A stretch of 63,448 bases of DNA, counting the filler, from Sphacelaria rigidula (lineage: Eukaryota): NCBI GenBank assembly GCA_964200075.2. It is 10 parts of 10 records of this genome, joined end to end, with 100 filler letters (N's around TTAATTAATTAA, not from the genome) between each part and the next. Parts side by side here need not be neighbours in the genome. Positions count along the whole stretch, not along the records: positions 12,713 to 18,967 come from CAXNAA020021200.1; positions 19,068 to 25,322 come from CAXNAA020021201.1; positions 25,423 to 31,677 come from CAXNAA020021202.1; 7 more parts are not named here. One strand, given 5' to 3'. The translations under genes were made by a program, and so were the position numbers. Shown piece by piece: positions 14,087-25,629 of this stretch (its first letter is position 1; every line of letters begins with the position of its first letter). Below the pieces are notes generated by a model. That model was not told the DNA's origin and made no database searches. It was given only the letters and a program-made list of their open reading frames with translations.

Positions 14087-14337
14087 GACACTCTCTACGA
14101 TAGCCCCCCCCCCAAGCCAGCCCAAAAGTGTCACGAAAGAAATGGCCATACAGCGCCTGATATTTGGGTTCAGGTTGCATGAAGCGCCTGATATTGGCAA
14201 CATTGGCGAGAACGAGCCCAAGCGTGGTAATTCCCGGCTGCTCGTTGTGCTCGGCTTTTCCCATTTCGATTCACGTGACGATTTCGCCTCCCAAAATCAT
14301 GCACTTTTTTGGGGGGGGGGCTATCGTAGAAAGTGTC
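14087..14337. mobile_element. ~250-bp MITE, TIR GACACTTTCTACGATAGCCCCCC, 4-bp TSD GCTC
   Basis: TIRs are visible, with GCTC at 14083-14086 and 14338-14341. Collinear copies at 56463-56711 and 63138-63390. Confidence 0.9.
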
Positions 14338-14681
14338 GCTCCTGCACCCTGCGAAGTGTTGCAGTACACGATTTACAGATATCTGCAAAAATATTGCACA
14401 CCCTGGACAGAACATGACAAAAATTGTACCGCGCACGGTTGTCTAGTCTAATGGACCCAATAATCGACACTGTACGCGGTACACGTCTCGACAATGTAAC
14501 ATCTTGTCCAGTGTGTGGAGAAGCTCCAGGGCAAGAAATATCACCATACATACACCGCGGTAGTTTCGTCATTCGTCGGCGCAATTTTGTCGAGTGTCCC
14601 GGTTGCGTAAATGCCAGTGTAAATACCAGAGCTCCACGGGTACGATCGCGCTGTTGTAGAGTACGAGCTGGACCAGCTTAA

Positions 14682-14894
14682 CCCTTAGACCGCGAGGTTA
14701 GTTTTCCATTGAATCGGCATCAATTTCAAGTGAAGAAAAGTATGCGTGGTCCAGAAAGACTAATCTCGCGGTCAAAGGGTTACCTCTTGGACCGCGGTGC
14801 GGATGGTCCATCTGGATCATGAATACTTTTGCAAGCGAGTATTGATGCCGATTCAGCATGTATGTGGCCTACTGCCCTCATCGCGGTCAAAGGG
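14682..14894. mobile_element. Tandem pair of piggyBac-like MITEs
   Basis: TTAA-CCCTTAGACCGCG...CGCGGTCAAAGGG-TTA, then a second related unit ending CGCGGTCAAAGGG-TTAA (14895-14898). Confidence 0.75.
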
Positions 14895-15870
14895 TTAAGC
14901 GTTAGAGGACGGATACGGCGTTGCAGGTGATTGAGAAGCTCGAATGTAAGAATTGTACTTCGAAATTTGGTTTGGAGCATAATAAGGAACAAAAAAAATC
15001 ACGAAAAGCGGCAAGGTTTCCCCCCGAAAGTTGACAATACAAAAGAACCTGTTTTTCAGAAGAACGTCAGCAAGCGAAAAACACGGCCTCATATTTTGTT
15101 CATGACATGCTCAAGCAACTCTTGAGAAACACCGTTTTTTTCAGCTGTTTTTCCAGGCTGGGCCAGCCCAGAACGGAGGTGTATATTTAAGGAAATTAGC
15201 CGCTCAGTTTGGAGAATTAGTTCTGCTTTGAAATTTGATCAAGAGTATAACAGGGACATGATGCAAAAAACGATACGTCCGGCACGCGGTCAGTTGGACA
15301 CACTTTTTGGCAAAAACGTATTTGACCACAAGAAATAATGTTGATATCTTCACAACATCTTATAATACCCTCCTTTTTCTTTTATACCAAATTTCAATGC
15401 AAAACTCGCAAAACGTGACGTCTCTCGATATGGTAACGGATTAGCTGAAGGTGAGAGTATCGGGGATTTCCCCGTGCCCGGACAAATGTTCATGTTTACA
15501 CCTAAAATCATCGAGCGCCCTATGTATTTTTATCTTAGCGGTTTCGTGAAAGTTCAGAAGCGTGAGATTCAAGTGCGTCACGGGGTTTCCTCGACATTAT
15601 AATCAGCAACGAAGAGCATCTGAACGAGCTGTTGAGTAGATGGGCACCTGCCCCTTGGCTAGACGGTTGACCAGATGTGCGGATGACGGCCCGAATCGCC
15701 GGCGTCGACGAGACATGGATGTGACCCTCAATACCTCATGGAGCGGCCAGCTCATGGACCGCGCAGGTGAACGTTTTTTCAGCACAGTCAGTACAGTCCA
15801 CAAGGAGTGTATGGTTTTGTAGATATTACTCGTGGTGTGTATTTCATCTCATACGGTGTGTTATACTCAC

Positions 15871-16862
15871 GTTGTGTGTAGGGAAAAGACCAATACAGAT
15901 CATCTCCACCCCCAGTGTGCTTGGTACAGTAGTCTTGTCCGTTTTCCTCGGGGAAATCGATTTGGCCACTGCATGCGTCGACAAATCCCGAGCAGAAGTC
16001 TTGGGTCATCGTGACCTCATCGCCCAGCCGTTCGAAGAGGTGTCCGCTGAAAGGTCCGCATTCAGCGCAGACAAACTGCGTAAATTTGATCGAGCCGACG
16101 CCGTGCAGGGAAAGGCTGGATGAGCTGATGAATTTGCTTCGCATTAGGTGCACGGATCAGGTTGTCAGTCCGTGGAGAGGAAGATGTTGTTCTCTTCTTG
16201 TGCAACAAGGTTGTGCACAAGTAACACTCGGGCGACGAGTGGTGACTTCCAACATGTAAGAACAAACGACGAGATGCTAACAAAAAAATCCGCGTTCCGC
16301 GATAACAGCGTCGATTTCGCCGAGCCGACGCCGCACGGAAAAAGGCTGGATGGATGGGCAGATGAATTTGCTTCGCGATGGGTGCACGGATCAGGTCGTG
16401 AGTATGTGGAGAAGAAGCTGTTGTTGTGCACTTATTACGCAATGCTGTGCACAGGCAGCGCTCGAGCGACGAGCACGATTTTCAACATTTGACAGCACAT
16501 ACATGATCAGTGCAGGATCATGTTTCCAGTGAATCATCTTCGTAGATCGCCACGAGAGGAATTTTCAATTTTTATTCAGGTAAAGAGGCAACATCTCCAG
16601 GATACAAATCATCTCAAAAACTGCCCCGAGCACGCACCTGCTTGTAGAAATTGGCGCAGTCGTCCGTCAGGGTACCAGCAGACGTGAAGCGCTCCTCCAC
16701 TGCGGCCTCTTCGACCCCCGTACAACAAACGCCCTCCTCTTCTGTGGGGCAAAAGCTGAGTGTCTGATCGAGGTCAACCGCTTTAGATTTGCAATGAGCG
16801 TGCCCTGCAGCATGATCGACCCACCCCAGTAATAACAGCAGGACACACACCAAGCTGCGCAT
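15871..16862 (-). CDS. Secreted cysteine-rich protein, HHIP-like/folate-receptor-like N-terminal domain; first two exons (16862-16638, 16075-15871), 3' part not located
   Basis: Signal-peptide-like MRSLVCVLLLLLGWVDHAAG, then LSFCP..GVCCT..CANFYKQ spliced in phase 0 (CAG/GTGCGT ... CAG/TTT) to FVCAECGPFSGHLFE..DFCSGFVDAC..DYC. The Cys pattern resembles the Folate_rec domain of HHIP/HIPL1 proteins. Donor GTGAGT at 15870. Confidence 0.75.
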
Positions 16863-19798
16863 GTTCGTCTATAGGTATTTGTCTTGATCGATGCGGAGAG
16901 GGAGATGCTCGCGCTGCGGAGGAGTTCACCCCCGTGTGGTGCGATCAGACGGAGTGATCGAGAGAGACTGCCCAGGACGCAGGGGACGTCAATCTTGTAC
17001 CTCCTGCGGTGATACGATCTTTCGGGGTCCGCAAAACCTAGATGCGATCTACTACTACTACTGTTACTGTTGTATCAACGACTCCTCGATAAAAAAAGGA
17101 AATAAAATAAAATAAAATAACTGAAAATAAAGATAGAATAAAATGCTACGACACCAGATGGGGTGATCCAGGTCTTATGATCATTTTTCAAGTGAAAATG
17201 ATGCCGATTCAACAAATGTCCACCACACATGGTCGATTGAACAGACCCGAAACTCTTGATTTCGTTCTTGTGATTTCAGCGCGTGCGATGTTCTGCTTGT
17301 TTTCGTTTGAGTCTACAGGTACGTTGCTGACGGTCCCAAGTGTTGCAAGGATGTGGGTGCATTTTACCCAGGCATACATTCACCTCAAAGCTGCCTTGGG
17401 TTGGTGTGTAGTTACGCCGTGATGAATCTAGGTAAGGGTTACCAATGCCCCGAAATAACGAAGCAAATCCTGCTTGAAGCAAAGCGCCCTCGAACCGCCT
17501 TCCTTTTTGTCCATATCTAGACTGCCCCTCCTTCGATACTCCTCAACGGCACAACTTTTGCCACAAGCTGCAGAGGTAGCTGCAGTTGATATCTCGTCCG
17601 TCCGATACCCCCTCAACGGCATGGCTTTTCCTTCCGGCTGCTGCACGAGCAGCGCCACAGTTGAATATCTTGTCCGATACCTCTTGAGCGGCACGACTTC
17701 TCCTTTGGACCAGCAGCCACAGTGTTCAGCGGAATCGAGGTGTCCGAAAACCGTGAAAGTTCATGTCATGAACGACATCCAGTTGTGCAAACACGTTCTC
17801 CGCAGCACCGATTACGACCGATTCATACGTGTAAACATAGTACTGACTGTACGGTGCATATACCCCGTGACCTGCTCTCCGAATATATGGGATTGTATGC
17901 GTTGACAAATTTGGAACCGAAGTATGATCGTCGCTATGTTTTTGAATACCGGTGAACTCTGCATACAGGCGAGGTGCATCCAGTCCCCAGCGACCGCTTG
18001 GAGTCCTATCCAACAGATTCAGCCGGCGTGGAACTACCCGCGCAGGCAAAGCTTGGGAACCTTCCCGCAAAACGTCGGCATCTGGAAACCCCATGCAACT
18101 AGAAAAACGTGGTTCCCAGTTGATTTTTTTTTCGAGAATGAATGGGTCGTTCGGCACCAAGTTCAGTACCAAGTGGTATGTATCCCTTTTCAATAATATA
18201 GAGGCGGTATTTTTGGAGAGTAGGCGCCCCAACACAGCGCACCTGGCGTCTGATGAAGCTGAAAGTTGACGTATGTTGTGTCGGTTCAAGCCGAATGTAG
18301 GTGTCGACGCAGCAGTTGCGGCGCGATCCAATGCGTTTTAAGCGCAGCGTGGCCTGAAACGATGATTTTGCACGACACTGTACGAGTAGTGATTCCGAAA
18401 ACTAGAACACTTTCTAATGACAGTTGTAGAGGGTAGTGATATCAAATCCGTGCGGAGTCAGGGGCATATCTTGCCAACCTTGTTGTTTACGTCGCACCCC
18501 TGCCCCTCGAGGCTGGGACCAAGACGGGAAATGCTCAACAGTGAAGGTTCTCCATATATTTGAGGCGGATGCCGGTAAGGATTAGGCGCCGTGTCGAGCA
18601 ATATGAGGCCGCGCAGAGTAGCCAAAGAGGAGACTGTGTTCAGGCGCGGCACTGTCAACCTGCTCCGGCAGCAGTATGCCAGACTTCCCCTGCTCCTGAT
18701 CACGGCGGCGTGAGAATGATAGGGGAGTTTGCGTTAGTTTTCTTCTATTACAATCAACCGGATATTCTGCGGCAACATGGTTCCACGTGAAGATATTGAC
18801 CTTTCCCTGACAGGCACGCCAAGGGCGTTTCGCTGACTTCACCTCATTTTCACCTGCTCTTCGTCGAGGGTCTGTCAAAAATATATTTCGGGACACGAGA
18901 GTGTTTTCGTGAGATTGAGAGTAGATGATACGATTGAGAGTGGCTTTGATCATTCGCTTGAAGTGAGNNNNNNNNNNNNNNNNNNNNNNNNNNNNNNNNN
19001 NNNNNNNNNNNTTAATTAATTAANNNNNNNNNNNNNNNNNNNNNNNNNNNNNNNNNNNNNNNNNNNNGTTAGCACTTTCGAGTTTTCCGGCGTTTGCAAC
19101 GGGGGAGCCACGAATCCATTTCGCTCCCCCCCCCCCCCCCCCTCTCCCTCTCCCTCTTTCCCCTCCCCCCTCTCTTCTCCCGTCTGACTTCGTACATAAT
19201 TTATATCTGCCTTTTTTTCGAAGAGGCATTTTTTCACTCTTGAGCTACTGTACTCGGAAATAGTATCGAGCTCTTCTACTGCGGCGTGACTGCTGCTGCC
19301 GCCTAGATGGCCAGTCCTTTGTTTCCGGAGCTGTCTTGGCCATTTTACCCCCCCCCCCCCCTCAAGGGGAGTCAATGAGTCACATGTATACTTGCTTGAG
19401 CAGTGTGATGTATGCGTAGAATCGAATCCTGGATCTTGCTCGCTCAGTCAGACTAGCCGGTTCCATGATGCACAAGAATGATGAGTGTTGATCACGACCA
19501 GGTGATGAGGCCTCGACCCACCGGTTGGAATATACTCGCAGTGGCGGAATTGATCTCGACCATTTTTGTGTTTTATTGTTAGAAGTGATCGTTAGAGGTG
19601 AGATACAAAATGTCTACATGTACACGGTCATGTACTCGATGTAAAAAGTGACCTTGGATGCGAAGCGCCGTGTTAGTTCATGGCACGGTGAAATGATTTA
19701 CGCGTACCACAAATAGCAGAACGGCAGTGGACTTGATGAGAGCAAGAGCAAGAGTGAAATGATGCAAAACAAGGTGTGTTGAGGACTACTACTTCTAC

Positions 19799-19809
19799 TA
19801 TTATTATTA

Positions 19810-19880
<71 letters not shown>

Positions 19881-20075
19881 TACTATTACTACTATTACTA
19901 CTATTACTACTATTACTACTATTACTACTACTACTACTACTATTACTACTATCACTACTATTACTACTATTACTACTATTACTACTATTACTACTATTAC
20001 TACTATTACTACTATTACTACTATTACTACTATTACTACTATTACTACTACTATTACTACTACTGTTACTACTAC
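19799..20075. repeat. Compound (TAT)n/(TAC)n microsatellite
   Basis: Seen directly; it is the source of the poly-Tyr and poly-Ile ORFs. Confidence 0.95.
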
Positions 20076-20084
20076 AATACTACG

Positions 20085-20294
20085 AGAGGTATCTCAAACC
20101 CTGCTCCCGGTATCCTGGTTTATTCGCTGGCTCCGAGTTGCGTACTATGTTTTTAAGCGAAAGTGATGGCGATTCTTAGGAGGAGCTGACCTGGCGCTGG
20201 AAGGGTCTTATCATCTGATGAATCGCCCTCACTATCACTTGGAAAAATTGAACAACAAACCAGGATACCGGGTGCCGAGTTTGAGATGGCTCTA
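20085..20294. mobile_element. MITE, same family as 8792-9021
   Basis: TIRs GAGGTATCTCAAAC..CTCCCGGTATCCTGGTTT / AAACCAGGATACCGGGTGCCGAGTTTGAGATGGCTC; collinear interior. Confidence 0.8.
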
Positions 20295-20515
20295 CTGCTG
20301 CTACTACTGCTACTACTGCTACTGACGCTAATCCGATTGCCAATGCCAATGCTGGTGCCCAGACTAGCACAAAAAAACAAAGTGATGGAACTAGTACAAT
20401 CAACCAACATCGTCACAACCGCTTTCTATTAACCATTTATTTTGCGGCTCGTGTGTTTCACTTGTTGCTCCATTTGTCTTCTCATGTTTTGCGTCCCACC
20501 ACAACACCACAACAG

Positions 20516-22943
20516 ACGCTCATCCAGGAGGGCACGTTCGGTTTGATCAGGGCCGCGGAGATGTACGACCCCTCCAGGGGCTTCCGATTCACTACCTACG
20601 CCGTATGGTGGATCGATTCCAAGATCCGACTCGCTGTGGACAACGTGAGCGCTGTATGTGTGCCCTTGCTTCATGCGTCCTTGTTTGTGATGTGTTTTTG
20701 TTGTGGACGCTTTTGGAGAGCGATGGAAAAATTGATCGAAGTAATTGAATTGATTCAAGGGTCGGACAAATAATGATTTGTCTGGAAATTACTCGGTTTT
20801 AGTATGACTGACTCGACTCGTACGAATCAATCCCCAGGCTTCTGTTCTCGGCGTTGCAACCCAGGTACACGCAACCCAGACACGTGGAATGGCGCAAAAG
20901 TTGCGTGGATACCCCTTGGACCAGCCGTCAACTTTTTTCTCCCTTTCGGGCAATCAGGTCGAAGAAATCGTGGATTTGGTTACCCTTAGTCGTGATGATT
21001 CGTCCTAACCGTGAATTGATTGTCGCATCTTGACCATTTTGGAACTCGCCAAAAACAGCAGTAGAAAGTCCCATATGCGAGCTTTCCTCACCGGGAAAAC
21101 GTCATTTGTAGTTCGGTGGACGAATCTATCGCATTAGTGTACTTGAACTCGAGAGTGGTGTACCGTTTTGGTGAGGCTGCATCAACACTTGTAGAGTAAC
21201 AAGCATATCTTGCCCAGAAAAATGTCAATTGTAAACCATCATTTTTTTCACCAAAGGTCCCCGAAGGGTTAACTGTCCCCCAGGGATCCAGCCAACTAGT
21301 CATTTTGATTGGTTGATTCGATTGATTATCGCACTTTAACGGACCCCCCCAGGGGTCCTACAGCCGTGGTCGCGTGATGGACGTACCCAAGAAGGGCCAA
21401 ACTGGAACACTCGCTGAAGAAAAGAAGGAACAGAAAAAAAAAAAAGTCGAACAGAGCGACATAATTATCGGAGATGAAAACAAAGCGAAAACAATTGCTG
21501 AAGAAAAGTGAAGGGAATACACGGGTAAAACAGTTTCAAACAAAGCAGACTAGGAAAAGGAAAAGAAGAAAAAAGGAACATCAAAAACGAAACAAAAATA
21601 GAACGAGAAGAAACAACAAAATCGAGAAATGGCCGGCCTCTGTAACTTGGCGCAGCAGGTGTAAACGGCCTTTCGCTACAAACAAGAACGAATCGTGGCT
21701 CAGACGGATGTGAACCTCTTGACGAGCGTGGCGGTAATAGTTGACAAACGAAAGTAGTATTGGGACGAATACGTGCTTGATGTAAACATGCATCACGACG
21801 ACCTGGATACTATATGTGACAGGATCAACTTTATCACTCAATGACCCCCGAATTATCAGTAAAAACGGGATTAGACAATGCTTGCCGGTCAGCTAGCAAT
21901 CCTGACCCTGCTGTCCTAGGCTGCAACCGAATTTTACGCCCCTTCATCCATTCGAAGCATGCGAACAAAACAGGCGCAGAAGGTATAGCACTCACTGTGA
22001 ATAGTACGTACTGTATGTTCACTGTATTTTCACCCCCCTTGCTCGCACACTCGCCCGTCCTCCCTTTGTTTGTTCCTCCCTCCTGTTTCGGTGCACATGC
22101 ACATGCGTTATGCTCCCCAAACTGGTACACATGCCCCACCCATACAGCAAGATCGGTTGATTCACATCCCCGCTTGGGTGAACTCAAGGGCGAAGCAACT
22201 CGACAAAATTGCGAAACTGCTCCGTGAGATGCTCGGGCGAGACCCAACTCCATCGGAGATATCGGAGCACGTGCTGTTGGACGGGAAGCTGGTGCGCTCA
22301 TCTTGGTGGCCGTTGTCCTTGTCTTTGACTTTGTCGTTGTCGTTGTCGTTGTTGCTGTTGTTTTATCCGTTTGTTCTCGTTCGTCACTCCTCTAGGTATC
22401 TGTGTATCGACGTACGCATGCGTGTATAGTATGTGTGTATGTTTGCATTACTGTACGTATTTTTATATATGTGTGTGTATAATGACCTATTTGTTGTGTA
22501 TACCATAGTTTTCACGTTTGTTGTTTTTTCCTTTCTTCGCGCGTGTACAATTTTCTACACTGACTATTTCGCAGGAATGTGTGAGCGCGGAGAAAGTAAG
22601 GTCGCTGTTGTGGTGGATCAGGATGCCGTTGAACCAGGTATCACTGGATGAAATGGACAAGCCCACTCAGCAAGACGGTCAACAGTCATGGCGCGCAGGC
22701 GAAAAGGTTCGTTCTTGGTACTAAAATATTACGTCAAATTGACTGTTCGGTCTTGTGAACCCTAAAGTTTTTTAGCAGGAAGCAGCTCACCCTTCATACG
22801 ACTCGCCGAACACATCACAGCGCTTCGCGCTCGGTGATTGAGTACGAAATGGGTCCGGCGAAAACCCGGCGTGCCCCGTCCCGACTTTGCAGGGATGAGA
22901 GGTCAAATTGTCGTATGACTACGGCACGCAACATCAATAGTAC

Positions 22944-22985
<42 letters not shown>

Positions 22986-24307
22986 ACCCACCCCCCCNNN
23001 NNNNNTTCAGGCAGGATACGAGGAAGTCTCGCCGAACGAGGACGCCCAACACCCACGAACCACCCCCCCCCCCCCCCCCCCAACCCCCCGGTCTTCGACA
23101 TCGAAATCCATAACATGCTCGAGATTACTGTCAGTTACTGCGTTCATGCGTAATATCTGGTCGACATGATGGTCCGTGGTTGGCAACGAATACTTGCCTT
23201 TTGTGTTGTAGATCATGACTGTGTGACGTTTTTTTTCTTTTGGAGTTTTTTTTTTTTACAATTCAGTCCCAGTTGCCGCGCACAACGTTCGCCGGAGCAA
23301 TGGTTTTGTTCACAATCACGTGCTCCATTGTCGTTGTTGTTGTTGTTGTCGTTGTCGTCGTCTTGGCATTCAAAACCGTTCCATTTTTTAATGCGGAGGC
23401 AAGAGCAACAAATGATGCACAAAATGATCCACCAGCGTCCCGGGATAAGGGCGAGGTGCAAGAGTGGTGGAAGGCGACGGAGGGTTCAAATCGCATCCTG
23501 TGTCTTGTGTGTGTGGATGAACTCATGTAGTCATGATCTTGCATGCCGTAGTCGTATGATCGGTTCTGCCGGTGGGGTGGGTGGGCGAGTAATGTTACGT
23601 TCTCGAACAAACACTACTCGTACTACTCTGACTTCACGAACCCTCCCTGCTTCCCCCCCCTCACAAAACTGTTAATTGAACCTCATGGTTCGTTTCATGA
23701 GTACTCTCGTACTGTATTTTATCAATGCTTATCTTGCAACATAGAAAGATTGGTGGCTAATCTCACGCTAGAGTTTTGTGCGAGCGTATGACGTGTGTCC
23801 CGTGTGCAAAAACACCCACAATGACCTTCTAATTGGAAGGCAGCATGAGCGGGAGGGGAGCCTCCTTCCATTTTGGGGGGCTGCAATCCGCGTTGTACTT
23901 TCGCGTGCCCTCCTGCCCCCCCCCGCTGCGCGCCCACCATTTGGAATACGCGTTGTCATACCGGCCGTAGTAGTGCACGCGAAAGTTGCGTGCTTTTGTT
24001 GAGATATCAAGCTTATTGTGCGCACTTTCTGTGTAGTCAAGTCATGTGTACTGTGCAAGGCGCAGCGGGCGATGTTCGCCTTGATATCGTCATGCATCGT
24101 TCTCACAAGTTTTTCTGTTCTTTCAACTGTCATTTCCACGACCCCCCTCGGGCTGATCATCGCTCGCTACCTTGTGTGTGTCTACTGCTTCCTTGTTGTT
24201 CTCCTCCGTTTTTTGTCGGGGTATGGCTGGAATAGACACTGCCCCCATCTGAAGGATGCGTTGAACTCTCTGCCGATTGGGAGCTGTTCAGGGATCATCT
24301 CGAGAGG
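20516..24307 (+). CDS. Nuclear-encoded RNA polymerase sigma-70 family factor (probably plastid), internal exons 20516-20644, 22148-22291, 22575-22706, 24236-24307; partial at both ends
   Basis: Region 2 [33 protein letters not shown] and region 3 QDRLIHIP...[12 protein letters not shown]...VSLD. All four exons are AG/GT bounded and phase 0 (129, 144, 132, 72 nt). The last exon is the least certain. Confidence 0.9.
20756..21013. mobile_element. hAT-like MITE in the sigma-factor intron, 8-bp TSD AATTGATT
   Basis: Reverse-complement match to 213-506. AATTGATT at 20748-20755 and 21014-21021. One TIR is missing. Confidence 0.65.
21034..21268. mobile_element. piggyBac-like MITE in the sigma-factor intron
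   Basis: Right end GTCCCCGAAGGG-TTAA; left end degenerate TTGA-CCATTTTGGAAC. It interrupts a repeat at that repeat's TTAA site. Confidence 0.5.
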
Positions 24308-25629
24308 GTGAGGGAGTGAGCCTCGTATATATCTCTATCTGTAAACTAGTCAAAATAATTGATGCCAGTAACGAAGAAGTTTTCCTTTTTCTTTCATGTT
24401 TTTTTCTTTGATTTTGTTTTCCCTTTCGATATCTTATGGTTTCTTTTCCTTCGTTTTTTTCTCGTCTCTCTTTTGCTGCAGTATAGATATGTCCTTCATT
24501 CTGTGTGTTTGGTCCCCCCCGACTAAGGCAAGCAACAAATGAGTACACCCCCCCGGTTTGTCGCATTTCCGTTCCTGTAGTCGTCGCGGGTGTTTCCGTT
24601 TGGCTCTCCCTGGTGCACGTGCGTCCATGATGCTACCTTACTATGTTGTGACCGTGTCTGAAATTGGAGGGGACCATGTACTGTGTATGTGCGACAAATC
24701 AAATCGATCGATGACGTGTTGATGGGCGCGTGAGGCAGGGCGCACGCTACATACAAAGCGACAAAATATTCTATTGACAAAAAGTGTACTGCGTGCTGTA
24801 TGGAATCCATTGTCTATTGCGATGGACCCAACAGTCGATACTGTTCGTACATTTCTTGACAATGGAAACTGTCATTATTCAGGGTGTCCTACATAAACAG
24901 CTACTACCCGTGTCATGATATTGTACTGTGCAAAGCGGGCGTCGAGGCATAAGTGATCGATTCTCGTTACCAGCTGCGGAGAACCCCCACCCCGATGAGG
25001 TTGGTGTCGGGTGGCGATGACGCTGTAAAACACGCCACTCACTGTGTAAGCTAGGCAACCAGGTTACCGTTTTTTTTTTCTGCGTTATCCATGATGGTGG
25101 TCGAGCTAGATCATGTTGTGTTGTGTGGGGGAACCTCAACTCCGCACAAAGGGGGTGGTCGTGCTACGTAATGTTTAAATGGTGAGACATCTATGAGGCA
25201 GTATACAGCTTATAAGCCGTAGTTGTCTCTGGAAGTGGCGATACCAAAAAATAAAGCAACTCAATGTAGGCTGCCATCCAAATGCAAGATAGTCAGTAGG
25301 CTTCGGGCCTAACCATCTTGGCNNNNNNNNNNNNNNNNNNNNNNNNNNNNNNNNNNNNNNNNNNNNTTAATTAATTAANNNNNNNNNNNNNNNNNNNNNN
25401 NNNNNNNNNNNNNNNNNNNNNNCCCAACTCTTATCTCACCGCCTCTGTTGGCTATCACGACCGGGGCGGTGGGTGGGGCTCTGTATGATTGCACGAAACA
25501 AGAGGCTCAAAAATGTGTCAGACGACCTGCCACACTCGCGGTGCGCTTGTATTTGGTTTTAAACGGTGTCAATTGGTATGAGCGAGCATTATGTATCTGT
25601 AACAAGCTCCTTCAAGCGACCGTTGCTCC

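Noticed and set aside
14424..14681. Small ORF with two CxxC motifs (CPVC...CPGC)
   Set aside because: No recognisable family or splice support, and it lies between MITEs; could be chance.
19698..20156. Poly-Tyr and poly-Ile ORFs
   Set aside because: Translations of a TAT/TAC microsatellite.
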